The notes under the pieces are model-generated. The model did not search any database. It was not told where the DNA came from and was given only the letters and a program-made list of their open reading frames with translations. Position numbers and translations under genes: made by a program. From Vitrella brassicaformis CCMP3155 (lineage: Eukaryota > Protista > Chromerida), in NCBI GenBank assembly GCA_001179505.1, contig CDMY01000123.1, forward strand, positions 120,769 through 184,768: a stretch of DNA of 64,000 nt, read 5' to 3'. Below are positions 24,959-37,093 of this stretch, one piece after another; the stretch's first letter is position 1, and each line of letters opens with the position of its first letter.

Positions 24959-27141
24959 CTAGTGTCGCTCGTAGAAGAGGAAGTAGGCCGACGACTGGGC
25001 GGCCGCCACCTCGGCAGATGGCACATCTCGCACAAGCAGATCAGACGCATACACAAACGCACCATCATCATAGGCGCCTGCACACACACACACACACCCA
25101 ACACACACAGAGTATGGACGTGTGCACACGCAGAGGCACCGGCCGGACGTCAGTTTCGCTCGCCACTCACCAGCTCCTGCTGCTGCTGCTGGCGGTGTCG
25201 GCATGTGTTTGCCGATGATTTCGAGCAGGCTGTGGCAGCCCCGCTGCCTCTTGCGCCGATACGCACTGTAGTGGCCAGCCGTCGCACTCCCTGCACCCAC
25301 ACACAGACGCAGCACCCATATGAGAATGAGTGGCCGCGGTTGCCTCCTGTCCTGTGTGTGAATCTATCTTCGTATGCTGTATGTACCTGAATGGCACATG
25401 ACGGCTGCCATTGTGTAGCGGCAATGTGGAGGCTGACGCGGCACACAGGGGGAAGGGCAAGGGGACACACGCTCCTGAATGCGCAAACCCACCAACAGAC
25501 AACACAACAGTGTTTTGACAACGAGGTCAAAGACAGCGAACGAACACCACTCCAGCACCGATCCTGTTCGCCTCACCGGTGGCGCGCTTGCAGGCTCCTG
25601 TGGGTCGATCTCTACCGCTCCCGCGTTGCTCGAATGCCACGAACGACTCACCGGCATCGCACACCGAGCAGCAGACTGGCCAACACTCTCGCCGCCGCTA
25701 CTCGCCCCCTGTCCGCTCCCTGACAGCGGCAAGTCCATGACGAGCGGAAAAGCCACCGGCCGATCGTTCTTGACCGCCAAACTGCCCGCGCCAAAGCCGC
25801 CCTGCACATTGACCCGCTGAATCAACACGCCCAGCATCTCCGGAGGCTTCTCCAAGGCAGTCTCCTCCACTTGGCTTGTCTTGATCTCACGACTGGCGAT
25901 CTGCGAGAGAGACGCGATGAGGGAAGAGTCGCCCGTGGTCTGCAGGTGGGAGGCGATGATTGCGCGAAGGGCGTGCTGGATGGCCTCGATGTCGGGCAGG
26001 GCGGTGGCCGGATAACACTGGTTCTGTTGTGTTGCTGCGAAAGGGGCCATGAAGGCGAGCAGGGCTTTCAGAGTGCGTCGCAGGCATAGCAGATGCCACA
26101 CACACGGAAGCAGCGCCAGAGACGTCGAGAAAGGTGGGTGGGGAATGTCTTGTTCGCTCGTTGCACCGGCAGACGATGGCTCCTGGAACAAGCCCATCCG
26201 TTCCCTCAGCTCCCTCCCAATGTCGTCACACGTGCATCGCGCACACGCCACATCCTCCAGCACCCGCGCACGCCACTCGCCGGCCATCAGACCCACCAAG
26301 GACACCGGAAACGACGAAGACCCCCAACCACCACCACCACCACCACCAGCACCAGGTGGAGCATAGTAAGGCAGCGGCAACAGCACGTCACCCATTTCTT
26401 CGTATTTGCAGCGTGCCAGACAGCCGCACCGTTGGCACCACCTTGTCTTGCGCAGAAGGCCTGTCTTGAGGGGAATCGGGGGCGGAGGGAGGGGGGACAT
26501 CTGCAGCAGGTGGTCGTCGGGTGGCTGGGAGTCGCTGGGGGGGCCGGTGGAGGGGGTGGGCTCTTCACGCGGGGAAGATGAGTCGCTCGACGTGGCGGCC
26601 TGCAAAAGCTGCATGAATGCACAACACACACACAGGACCAAGTCAACAATCACGTTGTGGATGCCTCCTCTCCACTCCGCCCCACCCCAGACCGTTCGTG
26701 TGGAATGCGCCCGACACTCCTGCAGGTAGGCCTCCCGAAAGTAGCCATCGATCTCGTCAAGTATGAGCGTGTGCGCCTCATGCACGTCCTGCTGAGTGAA
26801 CGACCAAAACCCTCTCTCCAGCAGGAACCCCCGCACAACCTGCAACGCGTCACGCGGCGGCCCCCTATCACCGTCCACACCCCCATCGCCGTTGACATAG
26901 CCGACCACCCGGAGCAGAGCTGTCACCAGAGGCCGTTGGGTGTTCTCGGGTTTGGTCAGGTAGCAGAGCCGCCTTGTGAGTGAGTTGTTGAGCGACGCGT
27001 AGGACTGGATGAGTGAGTTGAGGTAGCAGCAGAGGGAAGAGTTGGGGAGGCCGCGGACGGAAGCAGATGTCGGGGGTGGCTTGTGGCCGGCTGCTGCTGC
27101 CGCTGATGATGAAGACGAAGATGAAGACTCATCCACTTGCT
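24959..27141 (-). CDS. Ubiquitin-specific protease (peptidase C19/USP); true start lies slightly upstream (about 27400)
   Basis: Cys box GLPNSSLCCYLNSLIQS, QQDVHEAHTLILD, LGVLIQRV, split His box YTMAAVMCHSG|GSATAGHYSAYRR, and terminal SDLLV...SAYFLFYERH*. Confidence 0.9.
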
Positions 27142-27511
27142 GCGAATTCAACACAGATGGATACACGCAAGCAGTCAGATTGAAACGGTGATGGTGTGAT
27201 TTGATTGCGGAGGCACAAGCACACCTGTTGCGTTCGTCGGTGCCTTTTGTGATGGCGTAAGATGGAGGCATGGAGGCCCGCTCGCGCGATGATATCCATC
27301 ACTTCATCGATCTACCTATCCATCAACTTTCGGATGCCAGATCCTGGCTCCTTGATCCAGCAAGCAGCAGAGCCTCACAAGTCTGTGATCCCACATCATC
27401 GCTTGGCCGTCAGGCCGCCTAGGGTGCTCCCTGAAACCGCTACTGTCGGATCTGGGAGTGCTCGTCAGCTCATCGGGAAGTCAACTGCAACGGCCGTTCG
27501 GATTGTCCGTC

Positions 27512-28972
27512 ATGTCGACTGGCGCAAGGGCGCGCTCCTTATCATTGGAGAGTGGAGATTTTGTCCGTGCGTTCTTGGATGAGGATGAAGCCGACAGCGA
27601 CGGGAGAGGAAAAGGATCTGAGGGCGTCGTTTTCAGCCAAATGGAGCAGCCAACCTCGACCGACAAGATGTCCGCGGTGGAGAAGCTGGATGAGGACTTT
27701 GCCCACTGCCAGTCGATGCTCAACCTCAGCCTCTCTCAGCTCCAGATGTGGCACCAGTGGAACTGGCTACTGGCAGCACAGCACCAAAAACTCTTCTACC
27801 ACCAACTGCAGACGCCGCACCACTACTACGGTGGGTCAGCGTCATGGTCGGTGCGGCCGCGTGAGGGCCCGGTGCCGCTGACGGGCATCATCACACTCGA
27901 GGGCTCCGCAGACTGGGATAGTGACCTGTTCCTGGCGCAGCAGCCGGACATTGACCCCTACACGCCCCGACCGCCACACACAGCCACAGCCACGGCAGCC
28001 GGTGATGACACCCAGCAGGACGAGCAGCTTGAGGGCCAGCAACAAGAGCAGCAGCAGCAGCAGCAGCAGGAGCAGGCCCACCAGGGTGACCCGATGCGTC
28101 GGTACGCCGGTGAGCGAGAGGTGGCGGCCAACGTGTTCGAGCGGTACCACCTGGATGTGGTGCTCAAGGTGGCGCTGCTGCTGGCGCTGTTTGAGAGCAA
28201 GAGGGTGGTGTGGATGGTCTTCCTCGCCCTCTCGACCGTCTATGTGGCCGGCCTCCTCGACCCCATCATCGACTACCTCAGGGCACCAAACGGATCGAGG
28301 AACCTAGAACAGGTGCGTTGCGTTGCGTTGGATGTGCCACACACCACCAACACCACCCACGTGTCGGTCTCTGTGTGTTGTGTATGTGTGTGTCAGTTTC
28401 TGCGTCAGTTTCGCGAGGAGCAGCGGAATCGCCAGACGCGTGCAGAGGCCCAGACCATCCTCGACCAATCCCCACAGACCACAGATGCCGCCGCCGCCAC
28501 TGCTGCGGCTGATGAAGGTGCTGCTCCCGCTGAGCAGCAGCAGGGTGAGCCGTCGAGTGAGCCGAGCGGAGCGTCTGAGGGCAGTGGTGCGAGTCCATCG
28601 AGCAGCGGCGGTGGTGTTCTTAGTGGCGAGAGTACTGGCGAAGCAAGCAGCGCTGCTGCGGCGGCGGCGGCGACGGTAAGACGACAATAGACAGGGGGGA
28701 CTGGTGCTGTGCTGTACGGATTGACCTCTGCGTTTGTATTGGTTGTGCTGTGTGTCTAGGTTCAGGCGTCCCCCGCTGCAGGTGCCAGCCCGACCGATGA
28801 AGGGGCTGGCCGGGCACAGGAGGCTGCCCCTGCAGATGGCGACGCCGCAGCTGTTGATGGTGCTGCTGCCGATGTGCCGCCGTATGTAGCGCGTTGGCTG
28901 TATCAGTCGGTGGTGGCCTTCTTCATGTCGGCCTTCCCCTCGTGGACGCCCAACAGCAGATTCCTGCAGTGA
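27512..28972 (+). CDS. Herp/HERPUD-like ER membrane protein (no obvious UBL domain); 3 exons
   Basis: Hydrophobic hairpin YHLDVVLKVALLLALFESKRVVWMVFLALSTVYVAGLL, and C-terminal WLYQSVVAFFMSAFPSWTP resembling the 'FF.SL.P' end of Herp/TMUB/Usa1-like proteins. Introns at about 28313-28396 and 28676-28760. Confidence 0.5.
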
Positions 28973-29692
28973 GGGAGGGAGGGAGGGGGGACTCGTGTGC
29001 AGATCGAGGGATAGAATGGATGAATGGTGGCGTCATGATGTGTTGGTTGTGAAATGGGTGAAAGGCTGGGGGCAATGTGTGTGCGATATGCCGTCTTTTG
29101 TGCACTCACCACGCTTACCTTGGCGACCGCTGACGGCTGTCTGCCAGCCAGAGTCCTGGTTTGGCAAACAGACGTTCATGCTGGCAGGGGAAAGCTGTGG
29201 GTGTATGAGGACGGGTGCAGCAACACAGGTAGACAAGACAATCAGACAGACAGACAGGCAGCGAGCAAGGTTTTGGCTTGTCGTGTTTCCACGCCATGCC
29301 TTCCTTTCGTTTCTGTGTGCGTCTGCGGGCCCGACTGCATCTCGGCCTCACGCCACATTCGGTGTGGAGGGTTCGAAATGGGTTCGGGTTTGGGAACGTG
29401 GCAGAAACGAGGGGATGTGTGCTGGCATAGCTCGTTGATTGACACAAGATAGTCCATTCGTCGTGTGTGTGTTGAACCCGACGCACCACCACACCCACGA
29501 GCTTCTTTCTCCAATTCGAATTAATTACTTGCTGCACTGCACACCGACCGACAGGCACCAAAAAACCGCCGTTTCGTCTGTCTCTCAACAGACAGATAAA
29601 GACCATATGCACTGACTGCACACACCAATCAGTCAAGACAGTGCCGCACGCACAAATCCACAGTGACTCATCCACACGTCACATCAATCACA

Positions 29693-32647
29693 TCACAGCT
29701 CATCCCGCGTCCTTTCAGATGGACCCCCTTCATCGCTGCCCCCCCGTCTGTGTGTGCCTCCCCCGCCCTCCTGCGCCTTTTGTGTGACGATGTACGCTAT
29801 GCGATCGTCCGGGTAGATGGTGCGCAAGGGGTGCCCGCTCGGCGGATAGTAGCGGTGGGATGTCCCGTCAGGCTCGCGTGCGCGGCCCTGAACACACACA
29901 GAGGCAGGCACAGATGAGGGTGGCAGGGCAGGGCAGGGAGGCACTGTGTGTGTGTGTGCATGGAATGGATCGTGCCTGGAAGATGGTGAGGATGCGATCG
30001 TTCTGGATGGGCCCGCCATAGTCGTATTTCAGGTTCTCCTGACGGACGTGTGCAGGGAGGGAGGGAAACAACAACACAATGCATTGCAGCAACACACTTG
30101 GTTGGGTCGATCGATGCCATCGGTGGGTGCGTACCTCCGACACGTATGCGAGATAGAGCTCCTCAGGTATCTGTGAGTTGGGCGCGGCGTTCTCGACCAG
30201 CAGCAGATAGTGGGGGCGGTCGGACCACTCGGACGGGTAGATCTCATACACCTACACACAAGCGGTGGGCATCAGAAAAGCGCCATATCATCCAGACATG
30301 TGTGGATGCCCTGCCCTGCTCACCCGTTTGATCCAGTGTGAGGGCGCGTTTGCGGTGAAGTCCCATCCGATCACCACACCACGGTACTTCCACTGAGCAT
30401 GCCTGTCAGGCACACACACACACATCTTGAGGTATACAGACGTCTCCGCGCGCACCGCCCCTGACCTGACGACATCGCCAATGTAGAATTTGGGGCTGGC
30501 GGGAGTGCCGTTGCGTCGTCTCTTGCCCCAGCTGCCGCCGAAGTGGTCCCACGTCGGGTGGTCGTCCTTGCCCTCGCCACGCAAATGAGGTGGCAACCTA
30601 ATAGATGGCACATATAACACACCGTCATGGATGCACGTCTGAGTGTGTGTGGCGTGTGCATACCCCAGGTACTCTGGGACAGCTTCGAGCAGTGCGAGAA
30701 TGGGCACTTCGCCGGCCACGGGCCGATGCCGCTCGGGGTCCCACTCCCTCTCACCGCCACCACCACCACCACCGCCACCACCAGCGGCTTGCTGCTGTGC
30801 CACATCACCCTCGCCCTCACCCTCACTGCCGCCCTCTGGCCCCCCTCCTGCTGCTGTATCGTCACGCTCCTCTTGCCGTTGTTGTGCTGTTGCTGCTGAC
30901 TGGTGTGTGGGCTGTGTCTCCGTGTGTTGGTTGGCGTATGGGGGAAGGTCCCTGAAGCTCGCCGGAATGGGCCGTCGGGATTGCGAATGGGGGTCCAGAA
31001 AGCACTTGACCACCTGCACACATGGATGGTGGATGCACACACACATTTCCGCAGGTCGTGTGGTTCGTGTGGCTGCCCGCCTCACTCACCTCATGGTCTT
31101 TGGGTCTCGGTGGGACGAGGTCGGGATGGGCGCACACATACGGGGTGTAGACGACCATCTCGTACTCGCACAGAGACACCTCCACGATCTTCTCGAGGCG
31201 CGTCAAAGGGTTGGTCACAAAGTCCTCCGGGCACTCGAAAATAACCCGCGACCTCCGCGACACACTGATGTCCTCACACAAAGTGCCCTGCACCGACAGA
31301 GCCGCCAGACACATAAGAAGACCTCTTTGCATGAGTCTATGTCTGTGTCTGTGACTGTGTATGTGACCTCACTGACCTCAGTGAGGTTGAGCCTGAGGCT
31401 CTTGTGCACTCTTGGTTTCTGCAGCGACCTCCCCGCCACCGCACCAGACCCCCCCTGCTGCTGCGGGCTGCTCTCATAAAACCCGATCGGCAGCTCCGCA
31501 TCCACACTGCCCGCGTCGTCGCCACCACTCGGCTCATCGTGCGCATAATGATGGAAATACGGCGGCTTCTTGCCGACGATGTTCTCTTCCATGTTTTGCT
31601 GGCGGCTGATGGCCGCTGCCTCGATGTGCGGCGGGAGGGCGCCGAGGGAGTAGATGGGCTCCTCCGTTTGGCCCCGGTTGTTGACGTGGAACTGTCGGAG
31701 GTGTGAGGGGTAGCAGAACTCGTAGGTCCACCACCCCTGGGTCTGGTTGATGCACAGACCCTCCAGGGGACGCAGCAGATACTCCAAACGAAGCTGACAC
31801 ACGCACCCCACCACCCCCCGCCACACACACACATACAGAGAGAAGGCAGCCCATCCATCCATCCATCCATCCATATGTGTGCGCGTGTAAGTGTGTGCGT
31901 CGGTGGGAGGGTGTGGTGTTCATCTCACCTTCTCCTCTTGTTGTGCGCTGGGTGGCCGCCAGTCGCAGAATGAGGGCGCGGGGTAGTGGATGAGGTAGTT
32001 GAGCACATGTGGCTCGCTCAGGTTGCTGGGCGACGTGGGACCAGCCTTGTGGGAGCACACGAACACCAAACTCGTCCGGCGATTGTCCGTCCCGTTCACG
32101 TAATGCTGTATCAACCAACGAATACATGGATGGAAGACATGACACACACGCTGTGGGTATGATTGATTGCCTGCGTGACGGATCCGTTAGAGTGCAGGAC
32201 GTCCATTGTGGGGTCGTGGACGCCGAGAGAGAATGCGCTGGAGCTCTTGACGCGGTGGTACTGAACGATCTCCTTCCTGATTATTGACTCACACCGATAC
32301 GACACAAAGAGATCGACAGACACCCAGTGAGTGCACACCACAGCTGAGCTCTGTGTGTGGCTGGCGCCTTCCTTCTTCCTTACCCGTAGCAGATCTCATA
32401 GGTCCAGTACTCATCGCCTGCACACATCCACACACACGGGAGGTGCAAGTTCGCTCGTGTGTCTGCGCAAGTGCCACCTGGCTGGCTCACTTGGTTTCTT
32501 GAATACGTCACATTTCTTGCTGAGGAAGCTGGTACGCGACTTGCGCAGATACTCCAGCCCCTGCTTGGACATCCGACGCCTCGCCACAGACCCACCACCT
32601 GCACACACACACCCACACAACCACCCACACATCCACACATCCGTCCA

Positions 32648-32683
<36 letters not shown>

Positions 32684-32961
32684 TGGATACCTCCGAGATT
32701 GGGCAGGACGCACTGGAACTTCTTGTCGAGAACGGTGATGTTCGTCATCCGCCACGAGTCCACAGGCCCCTCCTGGTCGACCAAAGCGGCCGACAGCCGG
32801 TGGCTGAAGTCCAGCTCCACCACGTGGCGCGAGTTGATGGACGTCAGAAGGGTGCACGATGCCAGCATCGGGTGCACGAGAAGCAGCAGGAGCAGCTGCG
32901 TCGTGCGGAGCCGATAGTGCCTCAGCCGGTGTGTGCCGCTGCTCTTGGTGGACGTCTTCAT
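29693..32961 (-). CDS. OS-9/ERLEC1-like protein: signal-like N-terminus, two MRH (PRKCSH-like) domains, C-terminal YccV/HspQ domain
   Basis: KKFQCVLP, EYWTYEICYG and HYVNGTDNRRTSLVFVC (MRH1); LEGLCINQTQGWWTYEFCYPSHLRQFH and VIFEC...CEYEMVVYTPYVCAHP (MRH2); KFYIGDVVR|HAQWKYRGVVIGWD...PHYLLLVE...LAYVSE|ENL...RYYPPSGHPLRTIYPDD (YccV-like). Confidence 0.8.
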
Positions 32962-33215
32962 GGCTGCGGATGGCACTCATGCAGACAATGGCAGAGATCT
33001 CAATGTGAAACGGATCGGCTGAGAGATGCTGATGAGATGCCTCAGTGTTGATGCGGTTGATGGAGTCAACCACGAGCAGTCACGGTATGCGAGCTTGAAA
33101 TGGGGAGAATGAGCAAAGGGAAAAAGTCATCGGAGGCCACCGAAGCGAAGTAAGCAGGCAAACTGGACCAGTTCCTGCCCTCCTGATGAGTCGATTCCTT
33201 CGTTTCCTTCTTCAG

Positions 33216-33464
33216 ATGCCCGCCCGACGTGTCCCTCCAGCCAAGAGGTGTGCTGCATGCGACGACCGCACCGACACTCTGAAGCGGTGCAAATGCGGGC
33301 GGCGCTACCTGTGTGACGACTGCATCGACGACCGAAACGTCGACGACGCTCTCTGGTGCTCCAGCTGCGATCGAGAAAGCCCTGCGCTCTCAGTGCCAGT
33401 ATATGTTTCATCGGAGGGGGTCTGGTGGTCTGGTGGGTGGGTGATAGAGGACCTGTTGTGTTGA
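33216..33464 (+). CDS. Small Cys8 zinc-finger protein (RING-like spacing)
   Basis: MPARRVPPAKRCAACDDRTDTLKRCKCGRRYLCDDCIDDRNVDDALWCSSCD: C-x2-C-x9-C-x-C-x5-C-x2-C-x11-C-x2-C. The ATG immediately follows a CTGAT...TTCTTCAG acceptor-like tract. Confidence 0.45.
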   Translation: MPARRVPPAKRCAACDDRTDTLKRCKCGRRYLCDDCIDDRNVDDALWCSSCDRESPALSVPVYVSSEGVWWSGGWVIEDLLC

Positions 33465-33851
33465 TAGATCTTTAAGATCCAGTTCACAAGCAATTGAAGG
33501 AGGAGCATTCATTCGGTCATCAATTAAGTTGTACACACGAGGGAGGGAGGCAGAGAGGGGGATGGCACGTCAATCACATACACATACACACATACGCGCA
33601 CACAGCACAGCACAGCACACTCGCTGACGAATTGCTGACGTCCATCCGTCGTTTAAAACACTACAACCACACACACACACACCTTTGAGCGAGCAAGCTA
33701 CCCGCAGCCAGCCGACGGTGCAAAAGCAAGAAGCAAAAGGGGAGAGGGCGAGAGAAACACAGCCTATCAAGACACCTGTCTGCAACGACCATTACCCAAC
33801 ACACAAACACACCACACATGCCGCCATCCATATGCCGATGGTGTCACTTTG

Positions 33852-36636
33852 TCACAGGTCGATAAGAGAGGATGCGGGCTTGTCGGCTGCTCCCGCCGGC
33901 TGCTGGCTGCTGGGCTCGTCAAACGACAGCAAATCCGCACTCAGTGGGGGTGGTGGGCCACCCTTCCCCTTGCCGCCCCCTCCGGCGGTCCGCTTCTTCT
34001 TAATCTTTCTCCGCGCCCCGTCTGTGTGGTGCCTTTGCTCAGCCCGCCTCTCCGTCTCGTAGTCATCACGCTCGTCACTGTCGTAGTCGCTCTCCTCCGA
34101 CGCGCTGCTGTACCTCGCATAGGTGGGCGGGAACGGCGCGGCTGACGAAGGCCGCCGATCGTCGCCTTCGTCCCTCCCTCTCTCCCTCTCCCTCTCTCTG
34201 TCGTTGAGCCGCCCGTTGGCCCTCTCCCTCTCTCTGTCTCTGTCCCTCTCTCTGTCCATATCTCGTTTGGTCTGCGGTTCCTTCCTGGGTGGCGGAGGGC
34301 TCTTGCCCGAGAGGCTGAGGACATCGTACCCCCCGGACGCCTCGTCAGAGTCGCTGTCCTGGCGGTACCTGTCGCTGTTGGTGGTCTTGCTCCGCTGCTG
34401 CCGTGTGTAGGGTTTGGGCGATGGCGTGGGTTTGGTGGGGGAGAGGTGCTTGTTGGCCGTGTGGTTGGTGGCATTGGCGATGTCGCCTTCGTCGAGGTCG
34501 AGGAGGTCCTGCATGCGCCGCGCGTGGCCGGGGGTGCTGCTGGGGCGGTGGCCGATCGATGATGCCGCGGGGGAGGTCCCCACTGACACACACGGGACAC
34601 CACACCATTTGTGAGTGTGTGTGTGTGTGGCGGATGTGTGTGGCCGCTGGATTACGTGGGTTTCGCGCTCGGATTTTGGCCACGCGCTTCTCCAGAGCCG
34701 CCAGCGTCTCGGGGGGCGGCTGAAGGAACCAACCAACGAAGAAGGAAAAAGATCATGTGCTGCATTGCATGCCCGCTGTCACGTGTGCTTGAGGGTCTCA
34801 CCGCGTCGAGCACGGGAATGGACTCTGAAGGAACCTTTGGCAGTGTCTTCATGAAGCTGCAGAAGATCATGAGCCGGTCGGTCGTGTCGCACAGCAGCTT
34901 GTAACGCTCCAGCGCCTCCTGACGGAAAAACCACACCATTGATTGACAGACAGATAAGGACAGAGGCATGGTGTTTGTGTGTATAGTGTGTGGCCGACCT
35001 CACCTCCACAAACTCGTCCTCAAGGCTGTCCAGGCGGTCTGCACGCATAGACACACAGAGGGAGTGATGGAGGGAGGGATGGCACGTCCGCGCTGTCCCG
35101 AGTTATCATCCTCCGTGACGCACCTAGAATCTCGAGCACGCCATAATTCAGCAACGTGTAGACCTCCATGCACTCCTGTCGGACACGGATATCAATGTCA
35201 TGCGTGCAGCTCAGACAGACGGTGTCTTGATCATTCATTTGCCTCAAGGCACCCACATACCCACCCACCTTGAAGATGTATCGGACACAGCACGACGTCA
35301 GGTCGCAGAACCCCGTTGGCACCAAAAACTGAGCGACACAGGAGAGAGAGGGGGGCCGTGACATGCCATCCATCTCTCTCTCTCTCCCTCTCTCTGTCTC
35401 TGTGTGTGTGTGTAAACCTTTTTGTCTCTGTCCATGAAGACGGAGATGCATTTGTCGAGGACTGACTGGATGAAGACGACGTCCCGCACCAACTCGTCGC
35501 TGTCGAGGTCCTTGAACATGCCATCAGACACCTTCGTACCCTGATGGATGGATAAATGGATGGACAGATAGCCGGATACACACCACACCACACCACACCA
35601 CAGCACAGCACAGCACAGCACACCACGGCAGCAACGATGATCGATGTCTTCCTCGCCACAATATGATGGGTGCGTGTGGGGCTCACTCACTTTGCAGAGT
35701 TTGGAAGTTCGTTTGAGAATGGCGTTTGTGAAGACCTCCAGGAAGCTCGAGTAACGCCGGATGAGATGGGCATGGGTGTCAGCTGACACACACACACACA
35801 CACATACATCCAGTGAGCGGACGTGTCCATCTGTGTGTGTGTGTGTTTGCTGCTCTTGTGTCTTTCCTCACCCTGTGGCCCCCACGCAGCCTCTTGAAAC
35901 GACTGACAGGCCTTGAACACATCAAACTGATCAACACAGCAAAAAAGAGAGCAATGCTTGGGGCTGTGGGGTGGGTGGTGGTGTCTGTCTGTCCCCTGCG
36001 TGTCCTGTACGTCAGCGAGGAAGCTCTGCAGCCACTGTGGCGTTGTCTGGGGGCAGACGACGATGTAATGCAGCGCTATCAACACCTTCAATATCACCTG
36101 ATGACCAATGACAGTGAGGGACGGGGCGGATGGCCACACACAACAGGGACAGCACACATCGATCACCCACACGATATGAGCCAGCCACCCCTGGTGCTCT
36201 TCTTCTCTTTCACCTTCCATGTCCAATTCTCCTGAATGCGGTGTAGCAGCGCATCTGTGACAAACACGCACACACGCACACACACACTGATTGCACGTAC
36301 ACGAGTCAACACTCCCTCCCCTGTGGAATCATTTCTCACCGACGGCCTCGGCGGAGGTGGTGTCACGATTGCCGCCCAGCAGCGTCTGCACCACAACTGA
36401 CACCACCACACAACAGGCAGACCACAGACCACAGACCTCAGATCAGCGAACACAGCCCGGGCCGGGCTGGTCTGGCTGCTCGTATTGTGCGCGGTTGTAC
36501 TTGTGAGGTTTTTCTCTTTGACTTCGCTTTCGTCGTCGAATGTGGCCTTAAGGAGGGCCTTCTGGAAGGGCGAGGCGAAGATGGTGGCGAATTTCCTGTT
36601 GAGGTGATCAACCGCACCTCGTACGCCGGCTGACAT
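33852..36636 (-). CDS. ANTH/ENTH-domain clathrin assembly protein; multi-exon
   Basis: QKALLKATFDDESEVKEKNL, NWTWKV..|VILKVLIALHYIV, LIRRYSSFLE, EALERYKLLCDTTDRLMIFCSFMK, and a disordered tail with DLL motifs (QDLLDLDE, ADLLSFDE, SLIDL*). Confidence 0.85.
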
Positions 36637-37093
36637 ATTGATCAGCAGCAAGACGGCCCTGGAGGTGGCCGACCCCGCACCAGCCTCGAACCTCTCCTTT
36701 TCTTCTTGACTTCGGCTTCAAGCTCGCAACTGAGATCGCCCGTTTTTTCAAAGGTGAAGGAGGACGCCGGCGGAGCTGCGACTGTTTGGAGAGCTGTCGC
36801 CTATCTGATTTCTGCATCAAACACTAGTGCTTCCTATCCGTAGCTGACTACGTATCAGTGTCGGCGCCACAGGCCGTCTTCATCCATTTGGGACCATCAG
36901 CTGCACCCGCTACTGCCCTGTAGCTGCTCCACGGCCCTTGTCAAGCCCGCATTCAGCCTTTCTCCCGCCCCGTCGCCCTATGAGGCCCCCTGAAGCCACG
37001 ACGATGGACGGCAGTGATTGCTGACCACGTCAGGAGGCAAACGCTCAAGATCCTGATACGACATTCGGTCGGTCGAGGTGCCTTCTCATCACC

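Noticed and set aside
25364-27271. 635-aa ORF as one uninterrupted protein
   Set aside because: It reads through several in-frame introns (e.g. VRGAEW…LCVCCAFMQ, VCR…), and the His box continues in a downstream exon.
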